From contig NW_026782303.1 in NCBI RefSeq assembly GCF_031769215.1, positions 372,001 to 436,000 of the forward strand: DNA of 64,000 nucleotides. The letters are read 5' to 3'. The position numbers and the translations under genes were made by a program. The notes beneath the pieces were generated by a model. It saw only the letters and a list, made by a program, of their open reading frames with translations, had not been told where the DNA came from and ran no database searches. The DNA is from Ylistrum balloti. Lineage: Eukaryota. Positions 1-12,600 of this stretch are shown in pieces; the stretch's first letter is position 1, and every line of letters starts with the position of its first letter.

Positions 1-694
1 TTGACATGCAAGAACATTGGAAATATGCTGTCATATAACAGATAACATTTCTCTGGAGGATATCAAAGATTTATTCATCTTCTGTAAGATAAGAAGATTA
101 GTGAAGATACCTCGGTGTTAGTGCTTCAACAATTGCCTGATATTTGGATATATCTTGACAATACGCAGCAGAGACATCTGGACATTTAAGTTGGATTAAA
201 TGGTGTGAACATCCGTTGAAAGTACAATCAAACATTTATTGGATGACAAATGCTAAAATGTTGTAATTTGCATATAATTATTTTACATTTCTTAAAGCTT
301 AGATCATAGATAAATTATGAACCCCAGTCACGACCAGCAATCAGATAATTATGAATCAATTTCACTCATTAATTATTCAGATGATTCAAACATATTATTG
401 ATCAAGATGACAGAAGTTAAAGATGATAAAATTTGGAAACTGCAGCAGTTGCTGTAGAGTATTTGTTTCAAACTAATATACATACTATTTTCTTTAACTA
501 GAACTTTAACTTTTCAGCTCATTATCAATACAATAAATTTTGAAAAACACTTAAGAAAATTTATATATAAGAACACATATTTGTCAAGGAAAATCGACGT
601 GGGCCCTCATAGTCATGGAATTATTGTATCTCTGATAATATTTGTTAACATTAAAATTGTTATTTGTTATCATTGAATATTGATGTTTTAATAG

Positions 695-1568
695 ATGACG
701 ATTTTGAGGATATTTGGCCAAAGTCTGAGAGAATAAGCTCATATATTTCACAACTGATCAGCTGGCGCCCGCCCTGTCTGTTCAGTCACCTGCCTGATTC
801 TGGTGATGAAACTGATGAAGAGGAGGAGCGAAAAAAGAGAATGGAGAACTTGGACAATGTCTTGGAAAATATGCCCAAACCTCTTTCCACTGTTTGTGAG
901 TAACTACAATCATTTTCATGGGGAGGTTCACAACAAAACCTGCAATGAAACTTTGTCACCATGGTATCATAACATTAATGTAGGTATTAGAATCTTATTC
1001 CTAGATGTGATGGTTTAGAGCTGATATTCTGCAATTTCATGGAAGAACATTTTTGTTTTCAGAATGTCAGCCAGCAGCGGAGATAGATTCATCTTGTGCA
1101 CATACTAGTATTTTATCTGTATTTGATATCTCATACAGACTAGATTGATTATCTTTTTTTATTTCGAATTCTTCTATTCAACTCATTTTAGACTCTGTGC
1201 ACTGACTTTATGCATCCAAGAGACATTTCCTGTACCAGCATTGTTTTTTTCACATTTATTGAATGTGGTGTAAATGTGCCTTATAGAATGGACGTAACAG
1301 AAAATTCAAGTGCTGGGTTGCTCAAGATTCCTCTGTCTCATGTGAGAAAAGGAGAAAATTCCAAACCAGTGGTACATTGCTTATGCTTATATTGATTTTT
1401 GTAGGTGATTTACCTGAACTAGATGAGGAAGATCTTTGGGTTCCAGAGCCTGTGGATTCCGTTTCATTTCCATCCAGTGTAGACCTTTGTGAGATATCAT
1501 TACCCTTGGACGATTCCTTGGATATCCTTCCAAATGTTGGACAGCTCAGAATACATGAGACACCTTGA
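695..1568 (+). CDS. Last two coding exons of an unidentified gene (5'-partial); acidic C-terminal region
   Basis: Exon 695-895 (ttaatag|ATGACG ... ACTGTTT|gtgagt) and exon 1405-1568 (ttttgtag|GTGATT ... TGA). Both junctions are phase 1 and join in frame: DDFEDIWPKSERISSYISQLISWRPPCLFSHLPDSGDETDEEEERKKRMENLDNVLENMPKPLSTVCDLPELDEEDLWVPEPV...IHETP*. Family not recognised. Confidence 0.6.
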
Positions 1569-3949
1569 GTTGGCACTATTCTGATGCATTTGTAGACTTT
1601 TATTGTGAATTTCTAAGTCAGATAGGTTTTCAGGAGCCAGACACAATACATCGATCTGTTCTATGGAATTTTATTTCCAAGTTTTTCTACCAAATACGGA
1701 AAACAAATTTCACCATTAGTACACTAAAATACAGAAAAAAATGTAACACATGTATACTATCCCATTCAGGAAATCATAGAAACCATAAAATGTAATTTAA
1801 ATGTTATGATCTAATATCTACGACTGTTGAATTGGTCAAAAATTTAAGTTGTATTTTTTTATATATAGTTAAACAATAGTCAGTCATTTGTTTGGCTGTA
1901 GATGACAACCTCTTGATTCCAATCGCTTAGACTTAGTACTTTTTCTAGGCTTATGTGATCCTTTTTTATTCAAAGATAGATGTAATGTTGATCCTTATGA
2001 CCATATCATTATAATCTCTGTTGAAGGGTAGGTCAGCTTAATATCAAAGTATTGTTTGGTGTTGACCTGCCAACCCACAATATACCCTAGGCTCAAGGAA
2101 GTTTATGATTAGATTGATTCCAATTTTGTATCATTGTAAACGCCATTTCCAGAATCTTTGTCTTCACTCATCAGATTTTGTATATAAGTCTTTTTTGTTT
2201 CGATGTCATAAACCTTTTTTACTTACCCTCCCCATCATTAAAAGAAATGAATGACTTTGATATATGAGCTGGACAAAAAAGGATGTAAATTTTACCATTT
2301 CTTTTTCTGATTAGATCATTGTTTCCCCTGCATAATGACCCAAGTTGTGCAAGGATGGGTCAGTCATTGTTAGACAGAATATGGTATGGGTGGCCTAAAA
2401 CAGCTTTATTGAACCAAGTTAACGTTAACATTTTATACAATTTCCTGTACATGTATTACATTGTGACCTACAGAAATGCTATTGATACATTAATAGATTT
2501 ATTTCTCTCAAAAATTTTTCTGGCGGAACAATGTAGATTAAATGAGAGATGAGTAGTGGACATAGGCAGATAAGGTATTTTGTTTTAACTTTTCAGAGTA
2601 GGAAATCATATTAGGTCTTTTTGAATGTATGGAAGCCACGGTTAGAAAAAACACAAAAGTTGTAAAGGTATCTCGCTACAACTACATGCTTTACACCTTT
2701 TTTATTGGCCTGTTAATGGCAAACTCCAAATTCATAAAGGAATCAAGCTTGCTACAGCTGTATGCTTTACACCTCTTCTATTGGCCTGTCTATGGCTAAT
2801 TAACAATGGTCTCTCCAGTACCAATATATTACTAATACTGAACAGTTTCCATTTATGGCCTAACATTAAAGTAATAAATTCACATATGAAAATTTATAAC
2901 AAGAATGTAATGACGCTGGCAAATTACCAGGCAATTTCATTTTATTTTTGTTTCATTTGTGAAAAACTCCCACATGATATCAGAATGATTTTTAGAATCC
3001 AAATTCTACATTTCCATTTTTACACTTAAGATACTGCAGTCTAAATCTCTTTGCATCATGTTAGAAAATATTTAAAAGATTACCCAAGGAAACACTTAAG
3101 ATATTTCTATATGAATTTAGGTACTAGACAAGAGTCAAAAAGGCAGCTACTATTTTTTCATATAGAAGATTTATTGACACCTCATACCTTGTCACATTTA
3201 CTTGTTTCTTGTGATGACTGTTTAAGATTTTGTGAAAAAAACTGAATTATTGTGTCTTGATTCTGTGGTGTAAAACTCAGCTTTCATCATGTTCATAAGT
3301 CATCTGCTGTTGTATCATCCATGATGTTTTAAAACATGTTTTTCCTCTCCGTTTCTCTCACTCTCTCTCCAATGTAAGTTTTTGAATCTTAAAATGATGC
3401 ATGTAGATTTACATAAACAAAACAAGATGCTTGAAAGATAGTGGTTTAGTGAAATGAAGTGTATTGCCAAACATTTGCAAGATGTTTCATTGAAAATAGT
3501 AAGATACGGAATCAAATTTTATTGCAAACAATGAATAGATGTATAATTGAGGCAGATTTTGTATGATTTATTATTTTGGGCATTATCAAGTGTTTTGGTT
3601 TTGGCAGGACGATGATATACAGCAGTGCTTGCTTGGATAAAAGTTCTTTTGCCACATGGTTCCAGCTTCATGTAAAAAGATCAAATTTGCTACTTTTAAT
3701 CATTCTTGTTTGCATGTCATTGTAATAGAATTCTTATGTTTATTGTAGTCATATATTTTTAAGAATTTTAAACATGTAAATAAAATTTATGAAAACATTA
3801 ATATGTTGAATTAAATTGTTTCTATAATAGTGAATATGTTCAGATTCAAAAATATACATTTGTATATTCATGGAGTTTCATACATGAAATAAGACCTATT
3901 GATCTTGCATCTTTTCTATCATAAGCTGTGATTAGCCAAACATTTTAAA

Positions 3950-4070
3950 TGGTTTGTGAACAGGGGAAAGCACATTCCTGATAAGCCCTCTCAGACTGAG
4001 AGTAATCTACTCCAGGACTACAGCGTAATAATCTACCAACTGAGTCATAGCAGAATTCTCTTTCCGCAGA
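3950..4070 (-). mobile_element. Degenerate tRNA-derived SINE remnant
   Basis: Minus strand reads GCTATGACTCAGTTGGTAGA (tRNA 5' arm/A-box-like), then CTGTAGTCC, ending TTTCCCCTGTTCACA. No B box is recognisable. Confidence 0.3.
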
Positions 4071-5714
4071 ATAAAAAAGTGTTAAATGAGCTAAATCTGT
4101 ATGTTTGAATTGAAATAAATCAAATTTAGCATGTAGATATATCATAGCAGAGGTTCAACAAGAATCAAATCCAGCATGTAATTTTATTGTAGCTAGTGAT
4201 GGGACAATGCTTGAATGTAATTGATCGTAATTTTTTATATTCTATTATTAGCATCTTAATATTTTATTTTAGCAAAAACCAAAATTCATATTATGCATAA
4301 TAAAGATGCTAATTGCCAATGATATTCATTCTTGTGCAAATTTTAGGTAAGTGAGGTATTTCTGCTCAAAGTTACCAAAAAATAAAATATTACCTTAAAA
4401 AATTTTTTTTAACTTTCTATGAACATTGAACACAGTCAGCTGGTTATATAATTATCTGAAACCCTATCTGATTTCAATCAATTATGGATATTTTATGGAT
4501 TTCCCATCATTAATCATAGCACAGCGAACTTGATCATTGTTAAAAAGGTTGGACTGTTCTGTTTGATCTTCCTAACCTACAATTTAGAGCACATTTTACT
4601 TGTATGATAATTCATTCACTGGTACACTCCTACACCTTCCAAAAACACTTTTCAAAGCTAAAACAACAAAGCAAATAAACTCTTTGCGTTCAATTAATTT
4701 ATTTTTCAACTGTGGCAGATAAATTGGTATTTTACATGCTTGATGTTGCAAAGTAAACGCTTTACTACCTTTGTAAGATATCAACCTAATTCATGTTGAT
4801 TTAAAGGTCAATGAATCTTTAATATTACATCTAAAAAAACTTCCTGGGCCTCTTTCAAAAGTGTAAAATTTAATTTTGTCGTTCATGCAGCAAAGGTATA
4901 ATTTCAAAAAGTTCAATTGATGTCTATAGGATTCAACAGGGGTTATACTATCAATTCACCACAGCCTGTACATATAGTATAAAAATGATGTTTGAAGTCC
5001 ATGGGTCCTTCTCTGTCTTAGACTGAAGGTACGTTTTAACATTTTAGCACACAATCATCAGATTGTGGGAAGTTAAAATCACCCTCCATCTATTCATCCA
5101 CTAACAATTCTTAGTTCTGATCATATCCAAGGTGTACAATTTCTGTATGAACAAAAGTAGATCCTTTTGTGATATTTATGTTTTAAAAATCATAAAAATC
5201 CTAACTTGTACTCAATATTTCTTTAAGGTTTATTAAATAGAAACAATACAATTGAATGCATACACATGTAACGAAACATACTATTAGGACTTTTGATAAA
5301 AAAAATAAATAGTGAAGACACATGCACATTTCCGTCTTCAGGAAATTGAGGTATTCATACCAGTAAATAAATATACATTCATTCAGGACAAATAATGTTA
5401 ATTATTGTTAATGAATTTGTCAATCTGAAGTAAAAAGTCAAATCAGCGAGTACATGGTACATGTAAGTACATTGTATTGGCATGAATTTATACTTGTATC
5501 TACATTTACACACTTTCTAGGTAAGTTTATGTAATAATAGAGAAAATCAGTTTCAATACCAACTAATAAAATTTTAGTCTTTGAGAAAAATTTTGTTAAT
5601 ACTACATGAAGTATAGAGAAAAAATCATGGGATCATTTGTTAATCTTTGAAAGCCAAACCAGTATCATAATTAGTAATCGTTATTGAACAACACAAACTT
5701 AATATTTTAAACTC

Positions 5715-8026
5715 TTAATTGAAAGATTCCTCCTCAGCATTGAAGTTAACTAGAGAATGTTCTATCTGCAGATGGTTAATGAGTTGTGTGAGAGAAGGTT
5801 TAGGATCTTGAAGTTTCTCGTGCAGGTCAACTAAAGCTTTCTGACTCGTCTTCTGCCATTTTGTGATCAATGCACGAAGGCTGTCCAGGTCATTCTACAG
5901 TAAATAAAAAAGAGACAAGTTAATTGATGATACATTTACATAAAATTTGCATGGTAGTTAACTCCATAAAAAATTAATGAAACCTGGGGAAATGATCTTC
6001 GTTCCTCACCTTATTTCTATACATTTTCACCATGTTTAACTTTCGCAGTTCTTCTTCCTTTTCTTTCAATGTATTTTTCAATATTTCATATTTTTCTTGA
6101 AGCATTTCTGTATCTTCATGAGATATAGACTTTGCACCATTTTCTGACTCTTTCATTGAGGTGATTTGAGATTCATTTTTCTGTTCATCAGCAGCTAGTA
6201 ATTTATCTTCTGTAGAACTACTATCACACATGTCAGAGAATTGTAACCTGCTTGGTCGACAACACAGTGAAATATTTTTAGATTGGATGGGTGTCCTTTC
6301 AGACATTTGTTTGGATATTTGATTTCCATCAATATTTTCCAAAATCATTTCAGGAACTTTTGTATTTGTTGTTAATGAGAGCTTTGAATAATTTCTGATT
6401 TTCTGAGATTGTTCTTTACTATAGCTGTTTTCATCAAAAACAGTTGGACTAGACATTACAGAAATTGTGCTTGGTCTCTCATTTGATTTGAATTTTGGAG
6501 TCACTTGTAATAAGCTTGAGTCTGTAGTTGGTGTTTTCGGAGCTGAGAGTGAGTTCGAACTCACAAGTTTCCTGTAATTTCCTGTAGGATCATCAACAAA
6601 ATCTGAAAATCCAGATGGAGACACAAATGTCCCAATGTTTTTCCTGATGGCAGGAATTGAAGAATCAATCTTTAACTTTGCTGAATCACTTGACTTTAAA
6701 GGTGTAGAACTTGAATCTGTTCCCATTTCTTCATCAAGACATCTTGTTGGAGTAGATTGGGTGTCCAGACAATTGTCTCTCTTAATGGCATGTTCTATCT
6801 TTACAGGCGTTTGTGATAATGTGCCATCTGGGTAATAGATGCGCTTTTTCTGTGGAACACTGATGGGTGAAGAATGGTAACGCCCACATCTTTTTAGCCT
6901 CTCTTTCAAACTAGAGCTCAGCTTCTAAAAATAAATCATCATGTGGTACACATACAAAACTATGATGTAAAAATGACAACAAAACATTCAGAGAATCACA
7001 ATCACTTGGTCATATCATACATCGGTAATAAAAAAAATGTAATGAGTGTTTTATCTGAAAAGTTTTTCCCAGGTTGGTAATCAATAGAGTAGAAAATTTT
7101 AGAACACAACCTGTAGATGATATAAGAGTGACATTTCGATCACTACATGGCCACCTTCATCAGTCAAATGAATGGTGTGAATCATGCCTAGCACTGATGT
7201 ATGTAGTAGTGTACAAGGTGGTAAGAAATCAACCAATTTTTTTGGCTCTAAACTTGTACTATAATTTTATGTACACATAGAGGACAATTCTTCAAAGTCA
7301 CCAGTTTGCAGTCACACATTTTGATAAGACATATGCAATGAATTTCCTTCAAGTCCTCAAAACCATATTCCTTATTGACATTATTGATGCCAGAAATCAT
7401 CTACACCATACAAAATGACCACATTGGTTGTCGGAATGGGAAATAATGAAAGAAATATTGCTGCTTTCCAACTTACATAAAATAACAATTTGTATCAATG
7501 AAATTAAATTGATTAATAGTTTCCATTGACTACTGTGTAAACTATAGATGCCATTTGGTGCATTTAGTGCTAATGTCACAGATGAGCAAAGAATTTACCT
7601 GTAATCTTTTTATTTGCCACACTAAATAAATAAGCACTGGGGGTAAATAAGGTTTGTGTTTTTTTAAAATAAAACAGACAACTGAATTATTCACTTCTTG
7701 TGTAAAAATGAGAGCCTTGTCAAAAATATGTCACCCTTTTTGTTGCAAATGTTTCAAAGAACTTCATATGTCTCCAATGCCATACATAATATTATGAAAT
7801 AACTATATTTGACATAAAGAGGACGTCCAATTCCTGTATTGATAGTTTGATACCAAGGATAACAATTTATCATGTAATCTGTCAAACTGATGATGTCTGT
7901 TTTACATACTAACGTTGTTTATTGTCGTTAACCAACAGTTCTTAACCTGGCAGCAGACTTACTGTACATGCATGGGTTTCTACTTACCTTGTGTGCTGAG
8001 ACATGTTCAGAGGACGTTTTCGACAT
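5715..8026 (-). CDS. SFR1: Swi5-dependent recombination DNA repair protein 1 homolog (SFR1/MEI5), 377 aa
   Basis: Exons 8026-7988 (MSKTSSEHVSAHK|gtaagt), 6924-6010 (ttttag|KLSSSLKERLKRCGR...LRKLNMVKMYRNK|gtgagg) and 5894-5715 (ctgtag|NDLDSLRALITKWQKTSQKALVDL...SLTQLINHLQIEHSLVNFNAEEESFN*), all phase 0. The LKERLK, LRKLxMVKMYR and LIxKW...LTQLI motifs match the Sfr1/Mei5 family. Confidence 0.9.
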
Positions 8027-8240
8027 TCTTCAATTTTTCATTTCTCAGTCGACATCCACATCTTTTATATTCCCCGCTGAAACTAACGAGGTAACTCAAA
8101 CGCTTAATTTTGAATTCCTTTTGAATAAAGCGTAGTGACGATCTAGTAACTGCACAGACTATTATTCGAGGCGGAGACGAACGAAACAAGTTACACAACA
8201 AACAGGTCTGTTCCGAGCAAAAAAAAAAAAAATTCAAAAG
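8027..8240. promoter_or_regulatory. Candidate bidirectional promoter between SFR1 and the SDR gene
   Basis: CpG-richer segment directly upstream of the SFR1 ATG, a + strand donor-like GAG|GTAACT at 8090/8091, and a poly(dA) tract at ~8218-8232. The SDR coding exon begins at an acceptor (9641), so a 5' exon must lie upstream. Confidence 0.45.
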
Positions 8241-8489
8241 ACCGATATCTCTAAATAAGATATATCATGCACTATAGTTATTTAGATACATACTCTTGGG
8301 AAAATGATATTGTACTGTATTATTATTGGAGAAATAGTGTATCAGTGAGCAGAAGGCCATAAATCTAACAGTGTAATAGACAACTACTGGAGATGCAATA
8401 TTTTTGAGAGAGATATATATTTCTTTTTAGATATATAATGTAAGTCTCTGTTTTACAGGATAAAAGTACTTTGTTAGATTTAAGAAATT

Positions 8490-9340
8490 AGCGAAAAAGG
8501 TTCTTCCACCGTATACACAATGTTTCATTATCCTAGTTTCAATGCAAGAAAATTTATGATCTGGACATAAAAATATTAAGAATGGACAATAGCTCTGTAA
8601 TTAAGGAATTGCGAGCCCTGACATTGGTACACAACACATTGTCTGAGTATGTCCAATGTATATAATACCAAGTTTCATGATCCCTGCTTAACTGTTGGTG
8701 AATATAGGCTCAAGACACAAAATGGCAGATTGAAGGACGGACAAAGCAAAAAATAGCAGCTATATTCTCTCCCCAAAAATTTCGTGAGCTTTGAAAATCT
8801 GCAGGTGGAGAAATACTCCAAAACCTAAGGTCTTACTACTCTGTTTTAGTTCATATTTGTGCTGTGGTTCATCTGCTATATTTATCATTAGCTTTAAATA
8901 TACAATGTCACATACATTGTACAGAAGTTTCCCTATGTCTACTCCTTCCACTTTTAGTTTATCGCATTATTGATACCTGACAGAAGGGTTGTGGTCCAGG
9001 ATGAAACCTTTCAATGTTTGCACAATGAATAATCATGGTCACAGGGGTCAAGTGTCTTAAGATCTTTCAACAACTCTTTCTAAACAATCAAGAAGCTAAT
9101 TTGCAATGATTAGCGCCCTTTGATGAAGGGCTGCAAAGTTTGTTTAAATTAATGACCTTGTCACACTTTCAAAGTTAAAGGATTCAAAAATGTCTTTAAA
9201 TAGCTTCTCAATAACCTTAAAACCCACTGGGTCCTGATGGATGAAGGACTACCTATGTATTTTGATCACCTATAACATACACATATATCTGTAAAGAAGA
9301 TATTTCATGTCTGGTTTGAACTTGAAAGTAACCAAAATAA
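8490..9340. mobile_element. Fragments of Helentron-associated (HINE)-like non-autonomous interspersed repeats
   Basis: Motifs that recur in bivalve HINE/pearl-like repeats, such as ATACCAAGTTTCATGATCC, GGACGGACAAAGCAAAAAATA and AAAGTTTGTTTAAATTAATGACCTTG. Assigned from recalled pattern only. Confidence 0.35.
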
Positions 9341-9697
9341 ACTCTTTCATTTAAGTTCTCACTCTGTATAAATATTCATGAAAATACATGCCCTTTAGGC
9401 CTTTGATTTGTCTGTTTACTCACAGTTTGTGATTTTGGGTTATTTACACTTTTTCATTCTGTTGTCAATTTTATGGCATTTATTGATGCATTAACAGCTG
9501 CTACACTGTTAATGTATAGATTATATATGATTTGAATAATTTAAAAGTACATTGCATGTGAGGGTGGTTGGGAAGCCTCTTAGTTGTAATATTTATCTTA
9601 CGAAATGTTTGTAATACTCATTACTTATTCTTTTGTTTTAGATCCTCACTTGATATAAGGATGCAGAAGTAATCACTTTGCTGGTTGGTCTGACAGT

Positions 9698-12600
9698 ATG
9701 GCTCAAGTGGTATCTCTCATCCAGGGGGCAAGTCGAGGAATAGGACTTCAATTTTGCCAAACAATACTGAAACGTCACCCGAACAGTGTCGTCATAGCGA
9801 CTTGTCGTCAGCCTGATAATTCACTGGGACTTCAAGAACTGAAAGCCAAGAACCCAGACAGAGTAAATTTATGTGTACTAGACGTCAATGAAGATACACA
9901 AATTGAAAATGTAGCAAAATTTACGAAAGAAAAATATGGGAAGTTAGACTTACTGATCAACAATGCTGGAATGCTTCATACTAGTGGGCGAGGAGAAACA
10001 AGCTTACGGGAAATTTCTAGAAAGGTAATTATATATATACTGTAAACCAACCAAATTCGGCAAGTACGAAATTTAATGATTTTCGCATCACAAGAATTCC
10101 CCATCAATTCATTTTCACTTTATTATAATGGTGGTTGTCAATCCTGTCTTCACTTACCAGAGTTATACCTGATGATTTAGAAATAATACCATGGTAACAG
10201 ACTATCTTTACCTTCTTATTTCTCATAAGATTATCTTTACCTCCTTATTTCTCATTAGATTATCTTGACCAGGCCTCGAATGTAACATTTCTTGTCACTT
10301 GCTGAAAACAGCAATTGCCTTAAATTTGTACATGCTAAAATGACTTTTTACTTGCTATTATCGCAAATCTCCATGTTGAAATAGTGTGTTTTGTTTTGTG
10401 ATTTATAATGTATTACCTTGCTTCATCCAATATATATCAACATTATAAAAGAACTGCTTTGTCCCAATATTTTCACTTTGAAAAGCAAAACAATTTAATT
10501 CTGTGAAATGTTAGGAATAGACAGGCACTCACAGTTTGCATCTTATGAATCCACTTGCTGAAAAAAGCAAGTCATTATTTTTTCTACTTGCAATTCTTGA
10601 ATTTCTGCTTGCAAATAGCCATTAAAAAGCCTTAAATTTGAGACTTGTTGGCCTCCTTATTTCTCATTAGATTATCTTTACCACCACAATTCTCATTAGA
10701 TTATCTTTACCTCCCTATTTCTCACTAGGTTATCTTTACCGCCCTATTTCTCATTAGATTATCTTGACCTCCTTATTTCACATAAGATTATCTTGACCTC
10801 TTTATTTTTCATTAGATTATCTTGACCCCCTTATTTCTCACCAGATTATCTTTACCTCCTTATTTCTCATAAGATTATCTTTACCACCCTATTTCTCATT
10901 AAATTATCTTGGCCTTCATATTTCTTATCAGATTATCGTGACCTCTTTATTTTTCATCAGATTATCTTTACCGCCCTATTTCTCAATAGATTATCTTGAC
11001 CTCCTTATTTCACATCAGATTATCTTGAGCTCCTTATTTTTCATTAGATTACCTTGACCTCCTTATTTCTCATTAGATTATCTTTACCTCCTTATTTCTC
11101 ATTAGATTATCTTTACCACCCTATTTCTCATTAGACTATCTTTACATCCTTATTGCTCATTTCTGATTATGGCTTCTCATCTATTGGTTGAAATTAAGGT
11201 CATTTATACTTAGTGTCAGTTTAGCTAGTTGTTTTCATTGAAATTAACTTGAAAGACAGTTAGTCTTTTACAACTATAGATTTTGCAAAGGTGCAAAAAT
11301 TAAGTATATAGTCCATCCATCAGAGTATTATATTGTCAGTTGTAAAACTCTACCCAAGGACCTTAGTGCAAATATCATCCAAGATTACAAGATATGTCAC
11401 TTGATGTCTCTATTTACTGAGTTATTGCCCTTTGTTTATTCATAATACTGAGAATTGTCTTGAGTTGGTGGAACATAGATGGTTTGCAGTTGTAATATGA
11501 TTTTATCATGTGGTGATCATGGCTATCAGTTAGTAAAGGATAAAATCTAATTTCCATGGACATTAAATTCATTTTGGTGACATGTCAATGAGCAACTTAT
11601 TATTTTGTATTTCATTTAAGATTTGATTATTTCCTGATGGAACAATATTTTTCAAAGTTGACACCTGAAGTTTTGCCTAAATCCAACAGTAGAGTTTAAA
11701 AAGAAAAAAAAAGAGGAAAAATTCTTTAAAATCCTAAAGACATATAGAATGATTTCAATAATAGCTAATGTTATCTTTCATTTATGTATTTTATTCTAGG
11801 GTCTCATGGAAACTTTTGAAACAAATACTGCTGGGCCTTTGTTAATGGCGAAACATTTTGCCCCACTCCTCAAATTAGGATCCGGTTATTTTGGAATTAA
11901 GCCAGCTGATTCAAAGAAGCAACACTGTTCAGTACTAGTCAATATGTCTGCCAAAGTTGGATCCATCACGGACAACCGTAAGTTATCTTGCAAGAACTCA
12001 TGTACCTTTTTTCTTCTGTTTGATGTTGATTAGGAATTAATAATTCCTCTGTCAGCAACAGTATATGTGTGTATTGTGTATCACACTTGAGAGCAGTGTC
12101 ATTTTGTTAGTACTTGTAGTTGTTTTATGTTGATTTAATGGGGAATAAAATCAGTTCCAAAAAAGAATACATCCCAATATCCTATTATGACTTTTATCAG
12201 AGATATATATAACGCATAAACATCTCTTAATTTTCTTTTCATCGTCACAAAATATTATGCATTAATTTATTTTATTCAAGTGGTATTTTATGAACTTCAA
12301 TAAACAATAAAAAGGTCTGTTGAGTAAAATAAGTGAAAGCCTATATCAATGACAAGGTCAAACTGCCACCAGCTACTTAATAAGTCACTATTTTCATAAC
12401 CATGCCACACTTTGATAGAAAGGATTGAAATGTCTGGTATATATCTATAAGCTAGCCATGGAGCATGCTTCTAATTCCCAATAATAACACAATTCCTAAA
12501 CGTTAAATTTTATCAGTCATGGGTGCAGAACATTGGGGATACGAGTATGAATCTGAGGATGCATTCAAAAAGTAGAAATCTTCTTTAATAATAATTGAAA

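Noticed and set aside
812-833. CTGATGAAGAGGAGGAGCGAAA, a hammerhead-like CUGAUGA...GAAA spacing
   Set aside because: The intervening purines cannot form stem II, and the sequence is explained by codons for TDEEEERK.
2548-2670. Donor (AAG|GTATTT) and acceptor (TTTTCAG|) suggesting extra + strand exons
   Set aside because: The implied intron is only ~22 nt, too short to be credible, and no coherent frame results.
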